Shown here in pieces: positions 28,467 to 39,200 of a stretch of DNA of 64,000 nucleotides. The DNA is from an uncultured Acidobacteriota bacterium (GTDB lineage Bacteria; Acidobacteriota; Thermoanaerobaculia; Multivoradales; UBA5704): positions 480,001 to 544,000 of the forward strand of contig OY969474.1 in assembly GCA_963700145.1 (NCBI GenBank). Direction: 5' to 3'. Below the pieces are notes generated by a model. The model was not told the origin of the DNA. It ran no database searches and worked only from the letters and a program-made list of their open reading frames with translations. Position numbers and translations under genes: made by a program. Positions within the stretch are counted from its first letter, which is position 1; every line of letters starts with the position of its first letter.

Positions 28467-29029
28467 AGAGCCTCAAGGCGCCGCTCGCCGGCGCGCTCCT
28501 GCTGGCGTTCGTCGCCGCGGCCTGCGGCGGCGGCGGGGGGGGCGGGCCGACGCAGCCACCGCCGCCACCGCCCCCGCAGCCTGGCATCACCTTCACGGCG
28601 GCGGGCACGGCGCCGGCCAACAGCGTCGCGCTTGGCAGCGGCGCCGGCGGCACGGCGACGACGCTGGCCCTCGAGGTGCGCGCCACCCAGGTGACCAACC
28701 TCTACGGCGTCTCCTTCGACCTCCAATACCCGGCGACGGTCCTGCGCTACGACGGCGCCACCGAAGGGACGCTGCTCAACGCCAACGGCACGGTCCAGAC
28801 GAGCCTGCAGGTCGTCGAGAGCCCGGCCGGCACGCTGGTCGTCGGCTTCACGCGCCTCGGCACCGCCGGCGGCGTCAGCGGCTCCGGGACGCTCCTGACC
28901 CTGAGGTTCTCGGCCCGCGCGGCCGGGACCGGGCCCTTCACCTTCGTCGCCCCGGCGGGGGTCGATCCGAGCGGGCAGGCGCTGACCGGGCTCGGCTTCG
29001 TGGCGGGCTCGGCCGAGGTCCGCCAGTGA
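28463..29029 (+). CDS. Cohesin-domain lipoprotein
   Basis: Lipobox VAAAC; LYGVSFDLQYPATVLRY..EGTLL, GVSGSGTLLTLRF. Confidence 0.78.
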   Translation: MKSLKAPLAGALLLAFVAAACGGGGGGGPTQPPPPPPPQPGITFTAAGTAPANSVALGSGAGGTATTLALEVRATQVTNLYGVSFDLQYPATVLRYDGATEGTLLNANGTVQTSLQVVESPAGTLVVGFTRLGTAGGVSGSGTLLTLRFSARAAGTGPFTFVAPAGVDPSGQALTGLGFVAGSAEVRQ

Positions 29030-30477
29030 GCGACGGCGGAGAAGCGCGCCGCGGCCGCCCCGAGCTCGTCCTCTTCAACACGCTGGGCCGCCGCCGCCAG
29101 CCCTTCCGGCCGCTGGCGCCCGGGGAGGCGCGCGTCTACACCTGCGGCCCGACGGTCTACAACGAGATCCACATCGGCAACCTCCGCACCTTCCTCTTCG
29201 AGGACCTGCTGCGGCGGGCGCTGCGCTACCTGGGCTGGCGCGTCAACCAGGTGATGAACATCACCGACGTCGACGACAAGACGATCAACGGCGCGCGCGC
29301 CGCCGGCGTCTCGCTCGACGACTACACCGCCCCCTTCATCGAGGGCTTCCTGCGCGACCTCGACACGCTGCACGTCGAGCGCGCCGAGCGCTACCCGCGC
29401 GCCACCCACCACGTCCCCGAGATGATCGCGCTGATCGCCCGCCTCCTCGAGAAGCAGGTGGCCTACGAGGCCGACGGCTCGGTCTGGTTCCGCATCAGCG
29501 CCGTCCCCGACTACGGCAAGCTCTCCGGCTTCGACCTGACGCAGGCGCGGCGCGGCGAGCGGGTGGCGAGCGACGAGTACGAGAAGGAGGACGTGCGCGA
29601 CTTCGTCCTCTGGAAGGGCGCCAAGCCCGAGGAGCCGGCCTGGGACTCGCCGTGGGGTCGCGGCCGGCCGGGGTGGCACATCGAGTGCTCCGCGATGGCG
29701 ATGAAATACCTCGGCGAGACCCTCGACCTCCACTGCGGCGGCGTCGACAACATCTTCCCGCACCATGAGAACGAGATCGCGCAGAGCGAGGCGGCGACCG
29801 GCAAGCCCTTCGTCAGAACCTGGCTCCACTCCGAGCACCTGATCGTCGACGGCGAGAAGATGTCGAAGTCGCTCGGCAACCAGTACACGCTGGCAGACCT
29901 GCTGGCCCGTGGCGCGGCGCCGCGCGCCATCCGCTATCTGCTGCTCTCCGTCCACTACCGGCAGAAGCTCAACTTCACCTGGGACTCGCTGGAGGCGGCG
30001 GCAGGCGCGCTGCGGCGGGTGGACGAGATGCTCTTCCGGCTGGTGCATGCGCGCGAGTCCGGCGAGCCGATCGGCACCCTCGGCGACGCCGCCGAGACCG
30101 TGCAGCGCGACTTCACCGCCGCCCTCGCTGACGACCTCAACGTCGCCGAGGCGCTGGCCGCCGTCTTCCGCTTCGTCAAGGAGGTCAACGTGGCGATCGA
30201 GGACCGGCGGCTCGGGGCCGGCGACCACGAGCGGGTGATCGAGGCGCTGGCGGACGTGGACCGCGTGCTCGGGGTGCTCGATGCGGACGAGTGGGCGGGG
30301 GAGGAGGAGGGGAGGAGCGCGGTGCCCGAGGAGGACATCGGCCGGCTCGTCGCCGAGCGCGAGGCGGCGCGGAAGGCGCGCGACTGGGCCGCCGCCGACC
30401 GGCTGCGCGGCGAGCTGACGGCGCTCGGGGTGACCGTCGAGGACACGCCCAACGGACCGCGCTGGAAGCGCGGGTAG
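29026..30477 (+). CDS. cysS: Cysteine--tRNA ligase
   Basis: CGPTVY..HIGN, NITDVDDK, GRPGWHIECSAM, FPHHENE, KMSKS. Confidence 0.98.
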   Translation: MSDGGEARRGRPELVLFNTLGRRRQPFRPLAPGEARVYTCGPTVYNEIHIGNLRTFLFEDLLRRALRYLGWRVNQVMNITDVDDKTINGARAAGVSLDDYTAPFIEGFLRDLDTLHVERAERYPRATHHVPEMIALIARLLEKQVAYEADGSVWFRISAVPDYGKLSGFDLTQARRGERVASDEYEKEDVRDFVLWKGAKPEEPAWDSPWGRGRPGWHIECSAMAMKYLGETLDLHCGGVDNIFPHHENEIAQSEAATGKPFVRTWLHSEHLIVDGEKMSKSLGNQYTLADLLARGAAPRAIRYLLLSVHYRQKLNFTWDSLEAAAGALRRVDEMLFRLVHARESGEPIGTLGDAAETVQRDFTAALADDLNVAEALAAVFRFVKEVNVAIEDRRLGAGDHERVIEALADVDRVLGVLDADEWAGEEEGRSAVPEEDIGRLVAEREAARKARDWAAADRLRGELTALGVTVEDTPNGPRWKRG

Positions 30478-30489
30478 GGCGCGCGGGAG

Positions 30490-30873
30490 ATGTCGGGCGC
30501 CTTCCAGCCGGGGACGCACACCCGCGGCCGCGGCCGGGCGGGGGAAGACCAGGCGGTGCGCTGGCTGGAGCGCCAGGGCTACCGCATCCTCGACCGCAAC
30601 GTCGTCAACCGCGGCGGCGAGATCGACGTCGTGGCCCGCGACGGCGACACCATCTGCTTCGTCGAGATCAAGGCCCGCGGCGGCGCCGCCTACGGCGCGG
30701 CGCTCGCCGCGGTGACCCCGGCCAAGCAGCGCCGGCTGGCCCGCGCCGCGGCCCTGCATCTGGCGCTGCACGGGCTCCAGGGCGCCTGCCGCTTCGACGT
30801 CCTGGGCCTCGACTGGACCGCGAACGGCTGGGAATACAGCCTCGTCCGGGACGCGTTCTCGGTCCCGGGTTGA
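30490..30873 (+). CDS. yraN: YraN family protein
   Basis: GRAGED.A, GEIDVV, FVEIKAR, RFDVL. Confidence 0.92.
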   Translation: MSGAFQPGTHTRGRGRAGEDQAVRWLERQGYRILDRNVVNRGGEIDVVARDGDTICFVEIKARGGAAYGAALAAVTPAKQRRLARAAALHLALHGLQGACRFDVLGLDWTANGWEYSLVRDAFSVPG

Positions 30874-30916
30874 GCCCGGTAAGTTCCTGTACGATCGTGG
30901 CTTACGGGACTCCGGG

Positions 30917-30945
30917 TTGACAGCGCGGAGGGGGGCCGATATCCT
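30917..30945 (+). promoter_or_regulatory. Sigma70-type promoter of the tRNA-Gly/Cys operon
   Basis: TTGACA-17 bp-TATCCT. Confidence 0.75.
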
Positions 30946-30958
30946 CCCCCGCTCGTGA

Positions 30959-31033
30959 GCGGGAATAGCTCAGTGGTAGAGCACAACCTTGCCAAGGTTG
31001 GGGTCGCGGGTTCAAATCCCGTTTCCCGCTCCA
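30959..31033 (+). tRNA. tRNA-Gly(GCC)
   Basis: Cloverleaf, anticodon arm CAACC-TTGCCAA-GGTTG, encoded CCA. Confidence 0.97.
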
Positions 31034-31109
31034 GTTCTCTTCCCTCCCGGCAGTAGCGACCAGCCGGGGCGGTCGCGCAGCCCAGGGCCGCGCGGCCTCG
31101 GTTCTTTCA

Positions 31110-31184
31110 GGCGACGTAGCCAAGTGGTAAGGCGAGGGTCTGCAAAACCCTTATACGGCGGTTCGAATCCGCCCGTCGCCTCCA
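31110..31184 (+). tRNA. tRNA-Cys(GCA)
   Basis: GGCGACG acceptor stem, AGGGT-CTGCAAA-ACCCT anticodon arm, U73 discriminator, CCA. Confidence 0.97.
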
Positions 31185-31217
31185 GTCACCATCGAGCGCA
31201 CGCTCTTGGCCAGGTAA

Positions 31218-32423
31218 ATGCTCCCTGCTCCTGATCGCAGCACCGGCGTGCGCCTCGCCGGCTGGGCGCGGGAGCTGGACACGATGGCGCTGCGTGAGAT
31301 CCTCGAGCTGACCGCGCGGCCCGGCATCCTCTCGCTCGCTCTGGGGCTTCCCGACCCAGACCTTTTCCCGGCCGCAGCCCTCGCCAGGGCAGGCGAGCGG
31401 CTCCTCACCTCCGATCCGCGCTGTCTGCAGCTCGGAATCCCCTTCGCACCGCTCAAGCGCCAGGTGGTGGCGCTGATGGCCAAGCGCGGCGTCGTCTGCC
31501 GCGAGGACCAGGTGCTGCTCACTGCGGGGGCGCAGCAGGGGTTGTCGCTCGTGACACGGCTGCTGCTGGAGCCGGGGAGCCGGGTCCTCCTCGAGGAGGT
31601 GAGCTACACCGGACTCCACCAGATGTTACGGCCGTTCCCGGCCGTCCCGATCACCGTTCCCACCGGCCTCGACGGCGGCATGGACATCGAGGCCGTCGAG
31701 GCCGCGCTCGCGCGTGGCCGTCCCGCCTTCGTGTACGTGATGGCGGTGGCACACAACCCACTCGGGATCGACCTGCCGGCCGGACCCCGCGAGCAGCTCG
31801 TGGACCTCGCACGCCGCTACGAAGTACCGATCGTCGAGGACGACCCCTACGGGTTCCTGTGGTACGACGCGGCTCCCACGCCCCCGCTGCGCGCCTTGGA
31901 CGGCGACTGGGTGCTCTACCTCGGCACCTTCTCCAAGATCCTCGCGCCGGCGCTGCGGGTGGGCTGGGCGGTGCTTCCCGAGGCGCTGGTTCCCAAGCTG
32001 GCGCTGGTCAAGGACATGACCGATATCGACTGTGCCACCTTCGCGCAGCGGGTCGTCTCGGAGTTCGTCACTGCCGGCGACCTGGAGGCGCATATTCCTG
32101 TCCTCCGCCAGGCCTACGCGCTCCGCCGCGACGTGCTACTCGCCGCACTCGCTCGCCACATGCCGGAAGGCACTCGGTGGTCTCGCCCGAGCAGCGGCAT
32201 GTTCGTATGGGTCGAGCTGCCGGGGGGAATCGACACCTCCGCGCTCTTGCGCCAGGCGATCGAGAACGAGCGGGTGGCGTTCGTGCCCGGAGCCGCTTTC
32301 TCGCTGGATGGCCATGCCGGCCGGCACGCCCTACGTCTCAACTTTTCCAACCGCGGCATCGCCGATATCGAGGAGGGCGTGGAGCGGCTCGGCAGGGCGG
32401 TGCGTGCGGCGATCGCCGGCTAG
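31218..32423 (+). CDS. PLP-dependent class I/II aminotransferase (LysN/ARO8-like)
   Basis: TAGAQQGL, HNPLG, EDDPY, GTFSKILAPALRVGW, LRLNFS. Confidence 0.9.
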   Translation: MLPAPDRSTGVRLAGWARELDTMALREILELTARPGILSLALGLPDPDLFPAAALARAGERLLTSDPRCLQLGIPFAPLKRQVVALMAKRGVVCREDQVLLTAGAQQGLSLVTRLLLEPGSRVLLEEVSYTGLHQMLRPFPAVPITVPTGLDGGMDIEAVEAALARGRPAFVYVMAVAHNPLGIDLPAGPREQLVDLARRYEVPIVEDDPYGFLWYDAAPTPPLRALDGDWVLYLGTFSKILAPALRVGWAVLPEALVPKLALVKDMTDIDCATFAQRVVSEFVTAGDLEAHIPVLRQAYALRRDVLLAALARHMPEGTRWSRPSSGMFVWVELPGGIDTSALLRQAIENERVAFVPGAAFSLDGHAGRHALRLNFSNRGIADIEEGVERLGRAVRAAIAG

Positions 32424-32453
32424 AGACGGCTCGCTACCGAATGAAAGGATCGT

Positions 32454-34937
32454 ATGCTTCTGGAGTGGTGGCATGATTTTCGGTTCGGGCTGCGGTTGCT
32501 CTATCGCAGCCCCGTGTTCGCTCTAGTCGCCATCGTCACACTGGCCGTTGGCATCGGCGCCAACACTGCCATCTTCAGCCTGATCAACGCCGTCCTGCTG
32601 AGGCCGCTCCCGTTCGCGGATGCTGGCGCATTGACCATGGTCTGGGAATCGCTTCCCGAGCTGGGTGCCGACAAGATTTCGTTTTCGGCCCCGGACCTGA
32701 GGGATTTCAAGGAGCGGCAGCGGTCGTTCAAGAGTATCGCGACGTTCCAGAACAAACATGTCGAGTTCTCCATCTCGGGGGCGGCCGAGCGCATCGTCGC
32801 CGCCCGGGCGTCGGCCAGCCTTCTTCCTCTCCTCGGCGTCTCTCCGAGCCGCGGTCGGTGGTTCACCAAGCAGGAGGACGAGAGCGGCACCAGACTGGTA
32901 GTCCTCAGCCATGGGCTGTGGCGGCGCCGGTTCAATGGCGACCCAGGCATCCTCGGAAGGGCAGTTTCGATCGATCGCGTGCCTTATACCGTCGTCGGCG
33001 TCATGCCGCGCGGCTTTCGGTTTCCGCCGCCCGGCCCGCCGTTCAACAACATGCCCGCAGAGCTCTGGCTGCCCATGTCGTTCACACAGTCCGAGCTGGA
33101 GTCGCGGGGCGACATGTACAACCACAGCGTCATCGGACGTCTGCGCAAGGGCATGACCCTCGAGCGTGCCCGCGCGGAGGCACGGTCTCTCGCGACCCAG
33201 ATCCAGCAGGAGTATCCGGCGGAGCTCAATCAGGCCTTCGGCGGCGCCCGCCTACGGCTCGAGGTCGTGCCCCTGCGGGACGAGCTGGTCGGGCCGTCGC
33301 GCGCCCTGCTGCTCATCCTGATGGCGGCCGTCGGCATGGTCTTGCTGATCGCCTGCGCCAACATCGCCAACCTGCTCCTGGCACGAACCACCGGTCGCGG
33401 GCGCGAGATGGCCCTGCGAGTCGCTTTCGGAGCCGGACGCAAGCGTCTGTTCCGCCAGATGTTGTTGGAGGCGTTGTCCCTGGCGCTGCCGGGAGGGGCG
33501 CTGGGACTGGTCCTCGCCCACCTTGCGGTCGTGGCGTTCTCGCGCTTGATTCCGTCGCAATTCGCGATGCCCGAGGAGATTCAGCTCGACGGAACAGTGC
33601 TGCTGATGACGCTGCTGCTCTCGCTCGGCAGCGCGGTGCTGTTCGGCGTGGCCCCAGGCCTCCAGGTATCGCGGCGCGAGATCCAGTCGGAGCTCAACGA
33701 AGGCGGGCGCACCGTCACGGCGAGCCGCGGTCTCCGGGCCGTGCAGAACACGTTCGTCGTATCGCAGTTCGCATTGGCGTTGCTGTTGCTGGTCGCCGCC
33801 GGGCTGCTCGTGCGCAGCTTCCTCCGCCTCCTCGCCACCGATCCCGGGTTCGAGCCCGATCGCGTGTTGACGTTCTCGGTCACCCTCCCTCCCACCGCCT
33901 ATGCGCGGGCTTCCGATGTCCGCTCGTTCTACCGCGATCTCCTGGAGCGCTTGGCGACCTTGCCCGACGTAACGGCCGCGGGAGCCGCGAGCGATCTCCC
34001 TCTCGCGGGCCGCGAGGTCCGCGCGTTCCGAGCCGAGGGGAGCCCTCGCGACTCCTCGAGCGCTCCCGTCGCTTCGCATAGCTGGGTCAGCGGCGAGTAC
34101 TTCGATGCCTTCGGCATCCCCCTGCTCCGCGGCCGCCGGTTCACCGAGGGTGACCGCCGTGAGACTGCGCCCGTGGCCATCGTCAGCGAAACCCTCGCGC
34201 AGGGGCTGTGGCCGGGGCAGGACCCCATCGGCAAGAGGATCCGATGGACGTGGGACGAGGCACCCTGGCTCACGGTCGTGGGCGTCGTGGGCGACGTCAA
34301 GGATGGTCCTCTACAGAGCGAGCCGCGGCTCCATACCTATACGCCTTACGCCCAGGAGGAGGACTGGGTGATCGAAGATGCCGTCGTCGGCCAGCTGCGC
34401 TCGCTCAACTTCGTCGTGCACGCCGAAGAGGACCTCGCCGCTCTGCTGCCGTCCGTGCGCGAGGTCGTACGCGAGCTGGACCCGGGCCTCGCCGTCGCCA
34501 ACGTCCAACCCATGGCAGAGATCCTGCGCGAGTCCGTCGGGCCGCAGAGGTTCAGCGCCCTCCTCGTGGGGCAATTCGCCCTCGCCGCCCTGTTCTTGGC
34601 CGCGATCGGCATTTACGGCGTCATGGCCTATGGTGTCACTCAGCGCTACCACGAGATCGGCATCCGTCTTGCGGTCGGGAGCCAGACCCGCGACGTCCTG
34701 CGCTTGGTGAGCCTGCAAGGGCTGAAGCTCGCAGGCGTAGGGATAGGCCTGGGATTGCTCTGTGCCGCCGTCGCGACGAGGCTGATGCGGAGCCTCCTCT
34801 TCGGCGTCGAGGCCACCGATCCCGCGACCTTCGTCATTACACCGCTGGTGCTGGCGGCGGTGGCGCTCGCGGCCTGCTACTTCCCGGCTCGACGCGCTAC
34901 CCGGGTCGACCCTCTGATAGTCATGCGCAAACAGTGA
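32454..34937 (+). CDS. Duplicated MacB/FtsX-type ABC permease (ADOP-like)
   Basis: GIGANTAIFS, LLIACANIANLLLAR, EIGIRLAVG, PARRATRVDP; no ATPase gene adjacent. Confidence 0.9.
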   Translation: MLLEWWHDFRFGLRLLYRSPVFALVAIVTLAVGIGANTAIFSLINAVLLRPLPFADAGALTMVWESLPELGADKISFSAPDLRDFKERQRSFKSIATFQNKHVEFSISGAAERIVAARASASLLPLLGVSPSRGRWFTKQEDESGTRLVVLSHGLWRRRFNGDPGILGRAVSIDRVPYTVVGVMPRGFRFPPPGPPFNNMPAELWLPMSFTQSELESRGDMYNHSVIGRLRKGMTLERARAEARSLATQIQQEYPAELNQAFGGARLRLEVVPLRDELVGPSRALLLILMAAVGMVLLIACANIANLLLARTTGRGREMALRVAFGAGRKRLFRQMLLEALSLALPGGALGLVLAHLAVVAFSRLIPSQFAMPEEIQLDGTVLLMTLLLSLGSAVLFGVAPGLQVSRREIQSELNEGGRTVTASRGLRAVQNTFVVSQFALALLLLVAAGLLVRSFLRLLATDPGFEPDRVLTFSVTLPPTAYARASDVRSFYRDLLERLATLPDVTAAGAASDLPLAGREVRAFRAEGSPRDSSSAPVASHSWVSGEYFDAFGIPLLRGRRFTEGDRRETAPVAIVSETLAQGLWPGQDPIGKRIRWTWDEAPWLTVVGVVGDVKDGPLQSEPRLHTYTPYAQEEDWVIEDAVVGQLRSLNFVVHAEEDLAALLPSVREVVRELDPGLAVANVQPMAEILRESVGPQRFSALLVGQFALAALFLAAIGIYGVMAYGVTQRYHEIGIRLAVGSQTRDVLRLVSLQGLKLAGVGIGLGLLCAAVATRLMRSLLFGVEATDPATFVITPLVLAAVALAACYFPARRATRVDPLIVMRKQ

Positions 34938-34968
34938 CCGCGCCCGTCCACGGCGACGGTGCGGGACG

Positions 34969-36225
34969 TCACGCCGAGTCCAGCTCCTCGGCGGCCTCCT
35001 CCGCCACGTCGGCCGGGGAGAGCAGCAGCGGCAGAGAGGCGATCGCGGCCACCAGATAGAGGCACGCCGCCACGTTCAACATCACCGTCGCTCCGGTGAC
35101 GTCCGCCAGGGTGCTGCCGAGCCCCATCCCGGCGAGCATCGTCAGCGAGATCACGGTGGTGTAGGCGCCGAAGACCCGCCCCCGGTACTCGTCCGTGGTG
35201 CTGGTCTGGAGCAGGATCTGCGCCCCGACCAGCCAGGCCATCGCCGGAAGGCCGACGATCACCAGCAGAACCAGGGTCAGCCAGAACGACGGCACGTTGA
35301 CAATGACCAGGAAGATCAGGCCGAGGCTGAGCAGGCCTAGTCCGACCAGGCGAGCCGCACGGACGTTGCTGCTGGTGTGGCCAATGACGAACCCGCCGAG
35401 CATTCCACCCAGGCCTCGCGCCGTGAGCAGCCAGCCGAACTCTGCGGCTCCGACCTTCAGGCCGTCCTTGACGAAGACGACGAGCAGGGCGGTGAGGATG
35501 CTGTCGCCGAAGGTGGAGATGCCCTGCACCAGGAAGAGCCAAAGAACCCGCCGATTGCGGGAGAGCAGACGGAGACCCTCGATCCACTCGCTTCCCCAAC
35601 CGGTCCCGCGGCGGCGAGAGACGTCGGCGGGAGCTCCCTCGACGGCCGGTACAGGGGCGGTCCGCCCCCCCATGAAGGAGAGGAACAACGCCGACACAAG
35701 GAAGGAGGCCGAATCGAGCACCACGACGCCGGACAGACCCACCACCCCGAGCAGTCCGCCGCCCACCAACGGGCCGATGAGCCGGGCGATGTTGTCGCTC
35801 AGGGCGTCGAGCGAGTTCGCGGCCCCGAGCTGGCGCTTGCCCACCAGCAGCGGGATCAGGGAGAACTTGGCGGGGACGAAGAACAGCGAAACGAGCGCGC
35901 TCAGGAACGCCACCACGTAGAGAATCCAGACCGTGTCAGCCGAGCGCGCCAGCAGGAAGAAGGGGACGAGCACGGCACGCAGGATGTCGCAGACGATGAG
36001 CGTGGATTTGCGGTTCCAGCGGTCCACGAAGACGCCTGCCAGGGAGGACAAGAAGAGCCCCGGCAGCAGCTGCGTGACGAAAAGGGTTCCCGTGATCGTC
36101 GCTGATCCGGTCAGCTCATAGGCGTAGAAGGGAAGGGCGGTGATGCGCACCCAATCCCCGATCGCGGAGATGACCTGGCCGATGAGCAGCAGCGAGAAGT
36201 CGCGCTGCCGCAGGACTTCCCACAT
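34969..36225 (-). CDS. MFS transporter (DHA3-like exporter)
   Basis: About 12 TM helices; GQVISAIGDW, AGVFVDRWNRK, YRGRVFG. Alternative TTG start at 36270 overlaps the NRPS stop. Confidence 0.9.
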   Translation of the reverse strand: MWEVLRQRDFSLLLIGQVISAIGDWVRITALPFYAYELTGSATITGTLFVTQLLPGLFLSSLAGVFVDRWNRKSTLIVCDILRAVLVPFFLLARSADTVWILYVVAFLSALVSLFFVPAKFSLIPLLVGKRQLGAANSLDALSDNIARLIGPLVGGGLLGVVGLSGVVVLDSASFLVSALFLSFMGGRTAPVPAVEGAPADVSRRRGTGWGSEWIEGLRLLSRNRRVLWLFLVQGISTFGDSILTALLVVFVKDGLKVGAAEFGWLLTARGLGGMLGGFVIGHTSSNVRAARLVGLGLLSLGLIFLVIVNVPSFWLTLVLLVIVGLPAMAWLVGAQILLQTSTTDEYRGRVFGAYTTVISLTMLAGMGLGSTLADVTGATVMLNVAACLYLVAAIASLPLLLSPADVAEEAAEELDSA

Positions 36226-36266
36226 CGCCAGCCGGTCGGCTTTTCTCTGTCGTGCGTTCTCGCTGT

Positions 36267-39200
36267 TCAAGTTCGGTCCTCGGCCATGTTGAGGCATTCG
36301 GTGAGCCGGCTGGCCAGGGACCGCACCCGCGGCTCGATCATCATCGTGCTGTGGCTGCCCGGGACGTCGAGGACGACCAGGGGTTCGGAGGTGAGAGCCT
36401 GCCAACCCGACCACAGCTCGGGGCTCCCGAGACCCGGATGGTCCACCAGCTCGCGCAGCCAGGGGTCCTCCTCCGGTGCGCGGAGTATGGTGATGCGCCC
36501 GGAGTAGACCCGCGGCACGAACTGCCGGAGGACGCTGAGCGCGCTGAGGTGGATCTTGAAGATGCGCCGCATGTGCTCCCTGCCGGCCGGCGGCAACACC
36601 CCGGCGGCGAGCAGGCGCTCCAACGCCCAGTCCAGCCGCCGCGTCGGCTCCACGGCGCGAATCTCGTCGAGGTCGACGTCCGGCGAGCTGCCGTGCAAAC
36701 GGGCCGCGGCGGCCATCAGCTCGACGAGGACGGCCTCGTCCGCCGCCACGGCTTCGGACAGGATCAGCCGCCCGCGGTGGATCGGGGACCAGACGTCGAG
36801 CAACGCCAGCAGCGCCACCTGCTGGCCCCGCTCGCACAACTGCCGCGCCATCTCGAAGGCGACGAAGCCGCCGAAGGAGAACCCGCCCAGCAGATAGGGC
36901 CCCTGCGGTTGGAGCTGCCGGATCTCGTCCAGGTAACAGGCCGCCATGTCCTCGACGGACGTGAGCGGCTCGCGAGTGCCGTCGAGGCCCACCGCCTGGA
37001 GCGCATAGAACGGCCGTTCGGGGTCGAAGTGCCGCGCCAAGTCGGCGAAGCTCAGGACGTTGCCGCCCGCGGGATGAACGCAGAAGAAGGGACGGCGGCT
37101 GCCGCCGGGCTTGATCGCCACCAGCGGCGACCACGCTGCCAGATCCTTGCGCTCACGGAGGCGGGCGGCAAGCTCCCGGGGCGTGGTCGCGGACAGCAGT
37201 ACCGACAGCGGCAGATCGTGCCCGAACTGCTCACGGATGCGCGTCATCAGCGCGATGGCCAGGACGGAGGTGCCGCCTAGTTCGAAAAAGTCGTCGGTGG
37301 CCGCGATCGGGCGGAGTCCGAACACCGTTTCCCAGAGCGCGGCGAGCTGGATCTCCAGGACGTCCACTCCGGCGAGGTCCCGCTGCAGGCTGCCGCGCCT
37401 CGCTTCGCCATGGACCGCGTCGGGGTCCGGCAGAGAGCCCGCAGCCAGCTCGCCGGCGGCGTCGCGCGGCAGAGCGTCGAGGAACACGAAGTCGGTGGGC
37501 AGCCGGCGGCCGTCGACGCGCTCGCGCAGCCAGCTCCGCAGCACCGCGGCGGAAGGGCGTGCCTGGCCTGAAGACACGACATAGGCCACCAGGGCGGTGC
37601 CCCGGCTCACCACTGCAACGTCCCGCACGTCCGGACGTTGGCGCAGAGCCGCTTCCAGCTCCTCGTCCGCCGCAGCGGGGCTGGAAACCTCGCTGGCGCA
37701 GAGCTGACTCCTCTCCTGCGCGTCGAGAAGCGGCAGCTCTCCGAGCCGGGTCTCCGGCGGGCCCGTCATGCCCTCCAGCAGGCTGCGGACCCGGCCCAAG
37801 ATGCGCTGCGCCGTCGCGGCGTCGAAGCGCCGGCAGTCGTAAGCGAGGGACAACGGAAGTGCCGGCGCCGGCTCGGCAAGCAGGGTCAGGGCGCTACTGG
37901 TGCGGCTGCCGAAGTGATACACCTGCTCTGTGACCAAGCTCCGGGGGCCGGAGGCGTCGCTCTCCACCGGGTAGTTTTCGAACACCACCATGCTCTCATA
38001 GAGCGGCAGGTGGGCCGGTACCTCGCTGCCGGCGCGGATCCGCGCTTGGGAGAGATACTCGTAGGAACGCTGGCGGACCTGCCGATCCAGGAGCTCCCGC
38101 AGCCAGGGGATCAACTCCGCGTCGAGTCTGACCGGCACGCGCAGCGGCACGTTGTTGAGGAAGGGGCCGAGGATGGCCTCGACACCCGGCAGGTCCGGTG
38201 GACGGCCGGAAACCGTGATCCCGAAGATCGCCTCCTCTTCGCCGCTCGAGCGCGCGAGGCAGAGGGCCCAGGCGCCTTGCACGAGAGTCCCGAGCGTCAA
38301 GCGGTCGGAGCGCGCCCGGTCGCGCAGCGCCGCGGACAGCTCCGGGCTGAGCAGGAGTCGTGCCTCGCCGAAGCCCGTCGCCGTCGGGTCCCGGTGGACG
38401 CCGTCCAGGGGCAGCGGCGTGGGCGCGCCGAACCCCTCGAGGGCTTGGCGCCAGAAGGTTTCGGCCTCACGCTCGTCCTGCCGCTGCAGCCAGGCGATGA
38501 AGTCGCGGTACGACCTCGCAGGGGGAAGCTGCGGCTCCTCTCCGGCGGCGAGCGCTTCGTAGAGCCGGAAGACCTCGGCCACCAGGCGGGCGTGCCCCCA
38601 GCCGTCGAGCAGGAGATGATGCACGGTCCACAGCAGATGGTGCTCGCGCTCGCCCGTACGCACGAGAGTGAGCCGCATGAGGGGAGGGCGGTCCAGAGCC
38701 AGGCCGCGGCGCCGGTCCTCCAAGCAGAGGGCTTCGAGAGCCGTCGGCCTTCGAGCTTCGGGCAGCGCGCTCCAGTCCAGTGTCTCCCACGGCAGCCGCG
38801 GCGCACGGCAGACGGCCTGCAGCGGCTCTCGCAGGTCGCGCCAGAGGAAGGCCGTGCGCAGCATTCCATGGCGTTCCATGGCCCGCTGCCAGCTCGCCCG
38901 GAGGGTCTCGCCGTCGAGAGGACCTTGCAGGCGCCAGAGGAATTGGAGCACCCCGAGATCCGAGTGGGCGACGGCCACGGCATGGATCAGCATATCGAGC
39001 TGCATGGGCGACAGAGGGAGCAGGTCCACGATCGCCGGTTCGCTGCGGAGAAGGCGATCGAGGGTGCCCTGGTCCACGCGCGCGAGGGGGAAATCGGAAG
39101 GGGTCGCGCCTCCTGGCTCCACTTCCAGGCAATGCGCAATCAGCGTGCGCAAGGCGGCGGTGAAGCCCGCGCAGATCCATTGGATCCGCGCGTCGTCGTG

